DNA of 64,000 bases, from assembly GCF_006345805.1 (NCBI RefSeq), contig NC_043012.1:50096001-50160000 (forward strand), written 5' to 3'. The notes below the pieces were generated by a model. It saw nothing but the letters and a program-made list of their open reading frames with translations, did not search any database and was not told the DNA's origin. The DNA comes from Octopus sinensis (lineage: Eukaryota). The translations under genes were made by a program, and so were the position numbers. Position 1 is the stretch's first letter. Every line of letters begins with the position of its first letter. Below are positions 39,616 to 52,297 of the stretch, in pieces.

Positions 39616-41029
39616 TAAAAAATAATGTACATAATTCCGCATGTCTCAAATATAGAACTGTACGTAAAATACACATTAACTAATGCATCCCCTTCTTGTA
39701 TGATATTATATCGCTGGATTTGAGAATTATTTGAACACCATATTTTGGAGGTTGATACACAATTGTCTTCCTTCTCTCGAAGAAAAGATGATGTAGCTGT
39801 GTGTTCTTGCTCATAGCTTTAGAAGCGACTGCATGATCTGTAGGAATGTCAGAGGACTGTAGGAATACCATAGGTAAATATGTTATGAGTATGGTGAAAC
39901 TTGACATTTTACCGACAGCTACCCGCTATCACTAAATGTTTTTGTTTATTGATAGGGTGCAGAATATCAATATTTGTTTTACAATCTGATATTAATAAGA
40001 CGCACTTCTAATATTTTAATTGCATTGTTAATTAGTGTTTGTTTTTTGTATCTAAACTGATGCAAGGAAAATCGATATGATTCTTCTATGTTGAAATATA
40101 TGAAACAATATCTGCTGCAGATAAATAAACGACCACCTACACAGAAAATGCCGTAATAAATTATGGTTTTAGAGGAAACATGTTTTGGTAACATACAGTA
40201 TCTCAGGAACAATGAAGCCGTATTTTGATCCTGATAATTCTTTAATGGTATTCATATTTATGAGCGTGCGTCTGTGCATTAGAGAGAAAGAGAAATAAAA
40301 TGAAAGCGAGAGAGTTGTGTGAATATCTGTGAATAGCTGTTTGTATGGATAAACGTACGCGTGTGCAACTTGAAGTAAATGTCCTTGGATTTCACGTTTA
40401 TGGGCGTTCAATCGTTCGGCGGCTCGGAAGCTTCTGGAATCGGATGAAACATTATGTTATTGAGCATTCATTACGTTTGTCGTGGCCTGACACCATGCAA
40501 CTGCAACGAATATCAGTGGAAGAGGCAAATCTGTGAATAATTGGTGGCTCATTATAAACAACGGGACCCTGATTAAAAATATCGCACTAAGGAAAGGACT
40601 AAGGAGAACATTATAATAAGTTATACAGAGATACTTATACACACTTACTAACATAATATTTATATGAATTATACAATATCGCTGGTGTAAGCCAAAGAAA
40701 TAACAGCGTAAAAGAGGAAAATTTGTATACGATTGTAAGGTATGTGAGAGCTAGATAGAGAAAGACACAAAAAGCGTGACAATATTCCTTTTAAAGTAAT
40801 AGTCAATTGATTTGTATTTTTCTAATCACTTTATAAAATACGAAGCATATCATGGCTGGCACAATCTGCTCATCATCACTCTGACTTCACAGCTTACGGT
40901 TCTCTTTCTTTCTAACATATTTTCATTTAATCTTCCCCTGTCTTATTTTCTGCATACCTCACGCACACACACACATACATATATATGTACAAACGTTTAC
41001 ATGTATATACATACACACCCAGGAACGTC

Positions 41030-41062
41030 TGTCTGTCTATCTATCAATCTATCTATCTATCG

Positions 41063-41136
<74 letters not shown>

Positions 41137-41137
41137 A
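41030..41137. repeat. (ATCT)n microsatellite; similar tracts lie at 54030-54170, (CT)n at 54185-54290 and 57722-57760
   Basis: Direct reading. Confidence 0.95.
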
Positions 41138-41247
41138 TATATATATATATATGTATATATATGTGTTGTGTGTGTGTGTGTGTGTGTGTGTGTATAAATA
41201 TACATATTTATCGACATATATATGTATGTATATGTGTGTATACAGGA

Positions 41248-41287
<40 letters not shown>

Positions 41288-41292
41288 CACAC

Positions 41293-41339
<47 letters not shown>

Positions 41340-41937
41340 ATTCCTTGCCAATTTGTTTATCTTAAATTTTCAGTCAGTTTCTCCTCATAATTCACATCTG
41401 AGTTCCTTCTTATATATAAAGCTACAAACTCACACTTCGCATTAATATATGTATTTATATACACACACTAATATGTACACACATACACACATGCACATAT
41501 ACACATGCACATATGTACATATACATATACACTCATACGCATACATGTATATACATATATACGTGTTTGTGTGTATCGGTGTATCGGTGGGTCTAGTGTT
41601 TCTGAGACTGTGTTTTGACTGTGTGTGCTTGTGTGTGTTTTTAGTCTGTACTGTATGACAAAACGTCTATACTTAGCTGACACATTTTGCATTTTACCAT
41701 TTCCTCTTCAGAGATTATCTGGAATTGACAGGACAATATATGGATCCATTTTTAATACCGCAGATTAAAAGGCAGCTGAAGATTCTTGATTCCATTTATC
41801 CAACCCACATCTCACACCCACCTATAGGTTACGGCTAACGTCTTGCAATTCTGACTAAAGTTTTGACTTTGACAGGTGACTATGCCACAGGCTAAGCTTT
41901 GTTCAATTTATTAATTACGGAAAATATTCTATATATG

Positions 41938-41992
<55 letters not shown>

Positions 41993-42141
41993 TATGCATT
42001 CATACATTCGTATACACATAATATATACATATGCATAAAATATATGTACATATATATGCGCGCGTGTGTGCATGTACATCTGTGTGCGTGTGTGTGTTGA
42101 GTGTGCATAAGTGTATATATATATATATGTGTGTGTGTGTG

Positions 42142-42172
<31 letters not shown>

Positions 42173-42245
42173 GAATATAAATATATATCAATACACGAAT
42201 AAATATGGCAACTTCGATATAAATGTAAGAATGTATGCATGCGTG

Positions 42246-42285
<40 letters not shown>

Positions 42286-42320
42286 AATATAAACGCACCC
42301 TCCAAATATAGATATATATG

Positions 42321-42372
<52 letters not shown>

Positions 42373-42394
42373 ATATATATGCTATATATATATA

Positions 42395-42433
<39 letters not shown>

Positions 42434-43175
42434 AGTATATATATATGTATGTGTATATGTATGTGTATATGTGTCTATATACATATATATATTTATACAT
42501 CTGTGTGTGTATATATATATATTATATATATATATATAATATATATATATATACATATATATATATATTTACACACACACATACACACACACATATATAT
42601 AAGTACGTCTGTATGCATGTATGTATTTAGATATAAACCCACGTACGCACGCACTTACAGAAAGGCAAAACGACACAGAAACCTACTCGTCAGTGTGTAT
42701 ATATTCGCGTATGCGCGCCTTGCACTCATTCCGAATCAGTAGTACACATTTATTGACTTGTAACTATGATTTTAATATACAAATGTATGCTGGGTACGTA
42801 ATTTTGTTTTTTAAAACTATAATGGTATGTGCAGGAAGATTTTAATGTTATGCATAATTATAAATTTCGTCAAACGTTTTGCATGATACATACACACGTA
42901 CACGTGCATATGCATTGCCTAAGTCAGAAGAGTATTTATCGTATTATCATATTTACAGTACATATCTTTTATTTTATTTCAAATTTGTTTCCGTATACTT
43001 CTATTAATACTACTATTTTTTGTTTCATCGTGAAATGTTGACAGAAAATCCAATCTTTTAAATAAAGCACTATATATGTGTGTACGTGTTTTTGTGTATG
43101 TGTTCGTGTGTGTACGTGCTTGAGTGTCCTTGTGTGTATGTGTGAGTGTGTGTGTGTATTCTCTTTACTCATTCA

Positions 43176-43580
43176 CTCTTTTACTTTTTTCAGTCATTTG
43201 ACTGTGGCCATGCTGGAGCACCGCCTTAAGTCGAGCAAATCGAACCCAGCATTCATTCTTTGCAAGCCTAGTACTTATTCTATCGGTTACTTTTGTCGAA
43301 CCGCTAAGGTACGGGGACGTAAACACACCAGCATCGGTTGTCAAGTTATGTTGGTAACATAAACACACACATACATATACACACATATGCATACACGCAC
43401 ACACATATACATATATACGACGGACTTCTTTCAGTTTCCGTCTACCAAATCCACTCACAAGGCTTCGGTTGGCCCGAAGCTATAGTAGAAGACACTTACC
43501 CAAGGTGCCACGCAGTGGGACTGAACCTGGAACCATGTGGTTCGTAAGCAAAGTACTTACCACACAGCCAATCCTACGCC
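43176..43580 (-). mobile_element. CORE-type tRNA SINE, full length
   Basis: Head, CORE-like segment and tail are all present and close to the 21926 copy. Confidence 0.88.
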
Positions 43581-43983
43581 TATTCACATAGATTTATAGT
43601 TTTTAGCCCCCGCGATACAAGCACCGACACAATCAGAGCACATTTGTTACATCAACCCTTCTGTGTAAACCCAACCCTGAGATGCCATTGACGCTTGGCA
43701 TGTGTATTTTTAACGGCAACGCTCCTTTTGTTCGCCGATTGTTTAGCAGATCCACATTGATTTATCTTCCAGCATTTGGAGATGTGTTCCGTATTTGTGA
43801 AAATTGTGTTGTTATGTGTCTCAGAAGATAGTATACAAATATCGGATCTGCTGACGGTGACTCACATGCTACATTTGTTGGGTATTACCTGGTAACCTAC
43901 AAAGGTACAAAAACAGCAAACCTAGTCAAAAATGAGGAAATTTCCTAGTAGTTTCATATGTGGTCTTCTTCGTAGATTTGCCT

Positions 43984-44316
43984 TCAGACTGTGGATGAAG
44001 TAGCTTCGTTGAAATAAAATAATTGCATTAAAGATATATTGGTATATTTCTCTTAATTTTTTTGGTTTTCAATCAAGACTTTACCAGGTGAAGAAGCTCG
44101 ATATTTCTCATTTCGAAGTGCTTTAAAGATATCGCTGTTTGGGTGATTTAATTGGCAGTTTCACTGAAATTCCTTCGATAAAGATTTGAATCTGTAAATA
44201 AAATATTTTACTGGTTACAAAAAAAAAAAAAAAGATCTTAGTAATTTTGCTTCTCTGCTCGCTGCTTACGACAGAAATTGGTGTTAATTTCTTTGACGTC
44301 TTCTGCGATGATTTTC
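43984..44316 (-). other. Candidate three-exon cluster (44316-44270, 44191-44085, 44003 onward) with 78- and 81-nt introns
   Basis: Donors GTAAGC and GTAAAG, acceptors ttttatttacag and ttttatttcaacgaag; coding status unresolved. Confidence 0.35.
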
Positions 44317-44551
44317 CTTCAAAAGCCGAATTGCATAAGGTATTTATAAGAATTTTGGAGTTTGTGAGTGAGACATAAATGTGCTTTCATGCAGCTAAAT
44401 ATCTCATGTATCTTATTACCTGCTTCACGCTAGGATGCAAGGTTTCAGATGTCATTCTAATGCCATCGCAACAGAAATATGGAAACATCAATAAGGATAA
44501 ATCTGGTACCAATCTAGATGGAATAATATCGTTTCTTCTTCTTCTTCTTCT

Positions 44552-44726
44552 GATTAAGGCGATTATATCGACCCCAGTGCGTAACTGTTACTTATATTTA
44601 ATCGACCCCGAAAGTATGAAAGGCAAAGTCGACCTCGGCGGAATTTGAACTCAGAACGTAACGGCAGACGAGATACAGCTACGGATTTCGCCCAGCGTGC
44701 TAACGTTTCTGCCAGCTCGCCGCCTT
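44552..44726 (-). mobile_element. OK-like SINE, young, 3'-truncated
   Basis: High identity to the 1842-2075 copy. Confidence 0.88.
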
Positions 44727-45366
44727 AGACAATGCGGAGAATATCATTCGATGAATATCATGCGATGGCTATCATGAGAAAAATATAATTCCATGTTTAA
44801 CAACTTGTTTTAGGGAAACTTCTCTCAAATTTTATATTTATCTTTTCATATATTAAATTGTGTGGGTTGATCTATGTAAGATAGTAGAGAAAGAAACATA
44901 GTTGTTTCTCGCGATACACATCAATACATACATCTAAACAAAAATTGTTTTAGGACTCTTAAAATACTATTGTGGATAAAAGTTACTGCCTTGTTGCGCG
45001 GACCACCAAAATTTTTGTAATGGAACCTGATTAAAAACCAGTTCTGTAGAGTGAATAATATTAAGGCGAAATACCGAAAGAGCAATTTCGGTAGGTCACA
45101 AATTTCACAGCGACCCAGTGGACGCGGGCAGTTCTTTATTAAAAACCAAGAGATTGGAAGATATCACAGGATAACGTTCCAGATGATACGGAAACATCAT
45201 CTAATATTTCACGTCCAAGTTGAAGAGAGCAGTACAATCAATAGAAGAATGTATGCGATTTCTGGCCAGCAATATATAAGAACCTGTAAAGCTCTAGACG
45301 AAAACAATATACACACACAAATCAGACAAAAACCTAAGTACACGGGCATACACGCACACGCCAAAT

Positions 45367-45405
<39 letters not shown>

Positions 45406-45761
45406 GACATTATAAGAGATAATGGTGTCATTGAGATCCAAAGGTGTCGGGTAAGGCTGAATGAGTGCTATAGACAGACCATAGTTAAGTTCCAGATTCG
45501 GTAATATTGCGAATAAAGGCTCCAACTTTGGTTCTATGTCAGCGTGTGTATATATAAATTTTTTGCGTAATGAGATAAAAAAAAACCATGGCTGTATAGA
45601 TATTAGAGCATTTATAGATAGAATGTCTTACAGCTGTTTCTAGAATATTAATTAATAATAATATCCCTTCATCGGAGACGGTGTGAGAGGAAAAATTAAG
45701 TCATAGTTAGTTTCGATGTGATATAAATAGAGAGAGAGGTGGAGAAAAGAAAATAGATGTA

Positions 45762-45817
<56 letters not shown>

Positions 45818-46821
45818 TGTGTGTGCGTGTACGTGTGTATACACACATAAAAAACAATAGATAGATAGACACATACAGACAGGCATATATGCACACAAGT
45901 AACAATTTTTGTTTTGACTTGGGCATAAAACTATAGTGTGCATATTAACCGGTTTTTTTTTTACTTAATGTTCAACGTGACGTTGCAGGCAGAAATAGAA
46001 AATGTTTAAATAGTGTAGGACTTTCGGAGACAAATAAGAGATAACGAGGAGAAATTGTTTGCAATTAATGATGACAACATCTGATGGCATTTCCTAATTA
46101 AAAGAAATTAGTAACCTTAATGGAATTCATTGAGAGGAATTGAATAAGCCGTTAACACTGACCTCATCAACTGGCATTAATAATTGCTGTGTATTAACAA
46201 TACCAGAGGTTCATTCAGGTTAACAGCATTTTCAATTTCTCAAGTAAATTAGTTGCATTACCGAAAAATGTTGACTTGTAGAATAGAAATCTTTGTTGAC
46301 ATTAAACTTTAAGTCTTTAAGTGTGTATTTATAGGTGCGATGTGGCGCCCTATCTTGTGGTCAAGCATGATGCAATTTAGTACTAAAACTGACTGGTTTG
46401 GCGACGGATTATCTTATCAATGAGATTACAATACCTGAATTCATTGACATTATTTTAATCATGTATTACTGGTATTGATCAGTTATCTTGAACTCAAAAC
46501 TTTCAGTTATTTTTATCAGGTGTTCCGTACAGTGGATGCGTTTTGAATGATGAAACATCAAATAGTTTAACATTGTCACTGATTATTTTCATTATTGAAT
46601 ATATTATTGAAATTAGTAGACATACCTAAATTTATCCACGGCTGATTTTTCAGACTTAAATAAAACGAAATATTTTTTCAGAATTCGCCAACTGACTTAG
46701 ATTACTATTAATTACAATATATTTTAATGAGGAGTACGAATAACACCAAACACAGAAATAAAATGTTTTAGTGTATTTACTCCCTCATATTATTTTGTTT
46801 TTATTATTACTTGATCCAGAA

Positions 46822-47015
46822 AGGCGGCGAGCTGACAGAAACGTCAGCCCGCCGGATAAAATGCCTAGCGGCATTTCGTCGTTTGGGTTCTGTGGTCGAC
46901 TTCGTCTTTTATCCTTTTGAGGTCGATAAAATAAGTAACAATTAAACACTGGGGACGATTTAATGCACTTACCCCTCTCTCAAAATATTTGGCTTTGTGC
47001 AAACATTTCAAACCG
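46822..47015 (+). mobile_element. OK-like SINE, diverged; a short minus-strand head fragment lies at about 47165-47236
   Basis: aaggcggcgagctgacagaaacg...gtcgataaaataagta... Confidence 0.75.
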
Positions 47016-47264
47016 TTAAACAACAAGACATCTAAGGAGGATGTCAGGAGATGGAATACCTAAAGGCTTTTTGGCCATTGAGGATGGCCCTCGCTTTTGA
47101 TATAGTGTCGGTATAACATCTGCCAGGGGAAAAGCCACAATGAAAACAACAACAGCAGAAACAACAAATTTGAACTCGGAACGCCGCCTAGCACTTTGAC
47201 TGGCGTGCTAATGATTCTAGAATCTCGCCACCTTAATGACAATAATAACAACAAAAATCTTTTC

Positions 47265-49000
47265 TTTATTAATCATATATGCCAATCATAAAACTGAAAA
47301 TAGGAATTAAAAAAAAGCGGTTAAGTGGGGATTAGATCAAAAGATGCGTGCATTATAATAAAACTATAACAATTAAAACAGTTTAAACAGTAATACCCGA
47401 AAAGGGGGCAGTTTCAACGGAGCCAATCAAAGCATCCCGCATGTTCAATTCAGTCTCAATCACCAAAGGCAACCCAGGCAGGTACCTCTCGCAACTTCAC
47501 CACCGACCTACAAGAGCATGTCCAGAGTAGGCCCATTCACACACGTCATCCTCACCTCATTCATCCACCTGCCTCTACAAAGGCAGCAGGCTCATCGACT
47601 CTCGGTTAATCGTTGCCACAGTCAGCGCTTCGTATGGTCTTTTGTTTGTGCTAAATTCCTCGATTTCTGCGATATTCTGGTGATGTCTTCCGCGGATACG
47701 AATCTTCTGCATTCTACTCCTCAAAGGATGCCCCTCAAAACATCTAGCTTTCTTACCAATGGCTAGAGCAAACACGTACAGTAGTGTTAAGACTGTACAT
47801 CCTTGAGGGACTGAACGCGTGGTATTAAACGATTGCAGTAAGTAGCTGTTTATTCTCATCAACGAATAGATGTCTCAGTACTTTGCTGCAAACCAACCTC
47901 TAACAACAAGACCGAACCAAACTATCGTAAGGACAGTATTCTTGTATTAGCTATCGATCCTATCAGAAACTTTTGTTTCATCCACATTGATCAGGAACCG
48001 CTCTATGTGAGATTCCTTACCTTCCTATATAACGCATGTGTTGAAGGCTTTCAAAGATCCATCTGTCTGAAGTGCATACCTTACCCGTGCCTCACTGACC
48101 AGTTTAATGATGATAAGCACTAACATTTTGGCTAAAACCTTGGCGAAAATCTTGTAATCTGCATTCGGCAGAGTTAGGGGGTCTGCAATTATCAGTCTGC
48201 TCCCCTTGTTCAGGACCTTTCTCAGCAGAACCACCACACCACGTTTCGCGGCAGTCCTGGATCACCAGGGTCTTGGTCTCAAATAAAACATGAACACCGC
48301 GGATCTGCCTTGCCCTCCATAAATGCCCAATGTCGTGCCATATATCGTGTAAGGCTTTATCAATTTAGAGGCACGTGACAGTATGCAGACTCCTAGATTT
48401 GAGGTTGAATCATCTGAATGCCATTATTTTCGAGCTGGGAGCAGCTGGAGTCGCAAGAGATTGGGCGCAAACTCTGCTCAGTCCTCCTCTCAATGTTTTG
48501 TAAATCTAGCCACATCAGTCAATTTTGAGGCTTTATCCCTGCAAGAGAGAGCAAAAATCCTCTTTATGGCGGCTACGTCCGCGGAAAGACATTACTATTG
48601 TTGCTGGTGTTCTTACAGCTTTTGCTCCATCTCGAACTGCTACCGTTGTTACTGCTGTCTTCTTCCACTTTCATATTACTATTGATGGTATCTCTCGCTG
48701 TTGCCGCTACTAACGTCGTCACAGTTGCTGTCAATGCTGCTTCTACCGCTACTGTTGTCGCTGCTACTTCTGTTGCCTTTGACGCCGTCAATGCTATTAA
48801 CAGCTTCTGTGATCGTCACACTCTCCATTCGGTAAGCGAGATGGATTTTGTGCTGTAACCATCTGCATTGTTTCCTCACCATACTTTCACACACATTGCT
48901 TTCAATAATGCTATTGTTCTTTCCGCCAGCCTCACTAATCGTCTTACTCAGGTTTCTCAGAGGAGAAAACGCGATTTTTTCTCTTTCTTAAACTTTGATG
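47265..49000 (-). mobile_element. Decayed L1/Tx1-clade LINE with RT fragments
   Basis: KGSRLIIADPLTLPNADYKIFAKVLAK (RT N-terminus) and RSVPQGCTVLTLLYVFAL (QG motif); A-rich 3' end aataaagaaaag near 47265; probable ORF1 debris near 48700-49000. Confidence 0.75.
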
Positions 49001-50036
49001 ACATTGTATTTTATTTTTGAAATCATTAGCTTGAGCATTAATTTTTCAAATTAGATGAAAGCAAACTGTCGAAAATGTTTACACATGCATTTGTAAATTT
49101 AAAAAAAAATCCAAGTCGGTGCTTCAGCATGGCCACAGTCAAGTCACTGAAACAAGTAAAAGAATAAAAAGAATAAAATAATTTGAGAAGCATACAGGTT
49201 TGTAGAAGCCTCTTGAAACGAATAAGTTTCGTTATAAGGCGGTTGAAAACTGTGGACACTCAACATTTCTTAAATGTTTAAGACATACGAATATATTCAA
49301 ATATATCAGGATAATTTTATACTGTTCATTGTATCAATAAGGAAGTGATGGAAACTCAATTCATTCTCGGAAGTACATGCAGTCAGGAGTGAGAGGGTCG
49401 ATAGAAGATTATACAAGTGATACAACGGACAAAAAAAAAAGCTTAGTTTCAGAACACAGCATAAATATGTGCATGTAAATATGTATAGTCATGTGTGCAA
49501 ATGTGTATGGGTGTATGAGCTCGTATGTGCACAGACACATTGGAAATTTCTCTGTGTTGTATGTACCTTATTTTATCTTAACCGACTGTATAATCGGTGT
49601 TCTTTACCAATTACTAGGACTTTTCTACTCATTGGACAATTCTACCTGTACAAAATCTCTTTAGTTTCGAATTTTACTTTAAAATTCACACTCCTCAACG
49701 AAATACTTTCCCACATTCTTTCACACTTTGCTTCTGCAATTCCTCATACTGAAATAATTTTTCCAGCTTGCCTATGTCATACGCTACTTAAACTACATTA
49801 TTCCCAATACGTATTCATATCCTCGCATAAACCTTTCACAATATAGACCTTTCAATTTTCACAGGCAAGAGTATCTCCCATTTCATTTCCAGGGTCACCA
49901 TTCTTCTGTATACATGCGTTACCAAGACTTGCATGTATATTGTTCCTTTATGTATGTTATAAGAGGACTAAAGATACATTCATAGGCATTTGCTTACAGC
50001 TCTCTTTATATTACAATATCCGGCCTAGCGCCTAAG

Positions 50037-50495
50037 TCGGAGAGCTGGCAGAAATTTTAGCATGCCAAGCGAAATGCTTAGCATTATTTCGTTTGTCAAG
50101 GCAGTGAGCTGGCAGAAACGTTAGCACGCCGGTCGAAATGCGTAGCCGTATTTCGTCTGCCGTTACGTTCTGAGTTCAAATTCGGCCGAGGTTGACTTTG
50201 CCTTTCATCATTTCGGGGTCGATAAATTAAGTACCAGTTACGCACTGGAGTCGATATAACCGATTTAAACTGTCTGTCTGTCCTTGTTTGCCCTCTCTGT
50301 GTTTAGCCCCTTGTGGGTAGTAAAGAAATAGGTATTTCGTTTGTCTTTACTTCATAGTTCAAGTTCCGGCGATGTCGACTTTGCCTTTCATACTTTAGGG
50401 GACGATAAATTAACTATCAGTTGTATACTGGAGTCGATCTAATCAACTAGCCTTCTTTCCCAAAATATCTGGCCTTGTGCCTAGAGTAGAAAAGG
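50037..50495 (+). mobile_element. Older OK-like SINE (21-bp TSD) split by a younger OK-like SINE (50098-50332, 13-bp TSD)
   Basis: Outer TSD atatccggcctagcgcctaag/atattcggtctagcgtctaag; inner TSD tatttcgtttgtc twice. Confidence 0.85.
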
Positions 50496-51043
50496 ATATT
50501 CGGTCTAGCGTCTAAGCATCTATCCTTTTACGCCCTCCTTGCCTACATGTTTTTTTTATTTATCCACTTAAGCAGTCTCTAAGCTTCTCTTGTATTTTCA
50601 TTTTGTTTTTAAATACAGGCTCTCCCACCTCTTTCTATTAATGTGTGTATGGGGGGTGCAACCCATAAACAGCAGAATGTAATGAGAGGTGAATGTATTC
50701 ATTTAACCACTTGAGTACTGCCGTTTCCCAGCCTTTTCATGTGGCAATAATTTCAGTGTGAACGAGGTTATGCTTACATATTTGCATTAGCATGTATGCT
50801 CTGCAACATAGAAACCAATAGTATGTCCACAAATCAATGTTTATAACGGAAGCTGCTTCATCTAAACGCCACAAAATCATAGTTACAGCAATGATTCAAC
50901 TCAAACCACATGATTCACTGAGCTCGTATCTTGTATTACAGATTTAAATATGTCTATATATATATATATATATATCATCTGTAAAAAAAACATAAATCTG
51001 AAAGAAGACACACACTCTAAAATGTAGAACAGTATATGTTCAA

Positions 51044-51244
51044 AATGGGGAAGGCCGGTTTATGGAATAACCTTAGGTTTCCAGTCCATTGGGGGTTTAG
51101 CTTTATGCCGTATATTCAGATCCCCAAAACCAGTTAGCCCGAGACCTTGGACCAACAGGATTTTGACATCTGACGATACTGCATAAAGCTGAACCCTTAA
51201 TAGACGTGAAACCGAAGGTAATCCCATAAACTGGCCTTTTCCAT
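51044..51244. mobile_element. Inverted repeat (about 78-bp arms, about 46-bp spacer) with a hammerhead motif in each arm
   Basis: 51044-51121 matches the reverse complement of 51168-51244; plus arm CUGACGA...GAAAC-CGAAG-GUA. Confidence 0.7.
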
Positions 51245-51291
<47 letters not shown>

Positions 51292-51394
51292 CACATATAG
51301 GAAGAGTTTACAAAAAAAAAAAAACAAGAGACGAAGACAGGTGGTGTAAAAAACAAACACATGTATTAGTATAACGATCAGGAATAGAAAAAGT

Positions 51395-51430
51395 CTTTTA
51401 CGTTTCGAGCCTAAGCTCTTCTACAGAAAG
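51395..51430 (-). ncRNA. Minimal hammerhead motif, A6U core variant, within a Penelope-like fragment (51310-51445)
   Basis: CUUU-CUGUAGA-A-GAGC uuag GCUC-GAA-ACGU-A-AAAG. Confidence 0.55.
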
Positions 51431-51613
51431 GGACACAGAAAAAACAAATTGACTATCATTGGTTAATTTTTATTATTTTTTTTAAATACAAAACTTTAGC
51501 ATTGCTAACAGCCGTTTCTGCTACCAATGTCAGTCGATGCCTCCAAATAAAACTATGAGAATAATATTCGTCATCTTCATAGCACATCCGATCTTGTAAA
51601 TGGAGCTTCATCA

Positions 51614-52016
51614 AAGTGAATGCATATACATAAAAGAAGAGAAGAGGCAAGAGGAAAGAACAGGGCCTCGAGATGAAAGAAGGTTTAATAAATTAGAATC
51701 ATACCATTTTATAGTGTAAAACTTGAAGCCGATAGGCAAATAGATGAGAAATAAGCTAGTAAAACAATTGGTGGATTAATCTTTCTTTAGGGGTACGAGG
51801 GCTTATAAATGATATGAAAATAAAACTAGTACCTAAGTATAACAGGATTCGCCAAGAAGTCTAGAAAAAATATATATATATACGAAATGAGGAGTAGATA
51901 GACAGCCGACAACTGATGAAGGGTCCTTTCTCTGTGTTTACTTGTGCTGTTTTCCATTTTATCTCATTGTTTACGTATTTCATGTTATTCACAACCGCTA
52001 GTGATGTCCTGTAGCC

Positions 52017-52020
<4 letters not shown>
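51614..52020 (+). mobile_element. Probable Penelope-like remnant inside a 44-bp direct repeat (51570-51613 and 52517-52560)
   Basis: Contains a partial ctgatgaaggg core followed by a T-rich tail; class assignment is inference. Confidence 0.35.
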
Positions 52021-52096
<76 letters not shown>

Positions 52097-52255
52097 TATT
52101 TACTATTTGTCCTATAGTATATATTTATATATATACTGTAGTCTTATATGTATATATATTATTTACTATTTGTCCTATAGTATATATATATATATAATAT
52201 ATATATATATATAATATATAATATATATATATTATTTACTATTTATTGTCTATAG

Positions 52256-52297
<42 letters not shown>

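Noticed and set aside
40325-40540. 11-bp direct repeat atctgtgaata around CpG-rich sequence, plus a minus-strand acceptor near 40497
   Set aside because: Stops in all frames; the repeat is too short and AT-rich to call a TSD.
44275-44339. Plus-strand exon-like block (IGVNFFDVFCDDFPSKAELHK)
   Set aside because: It overlaps the better-supported minus-strand cluster, has no partner exons and no recognised homology.
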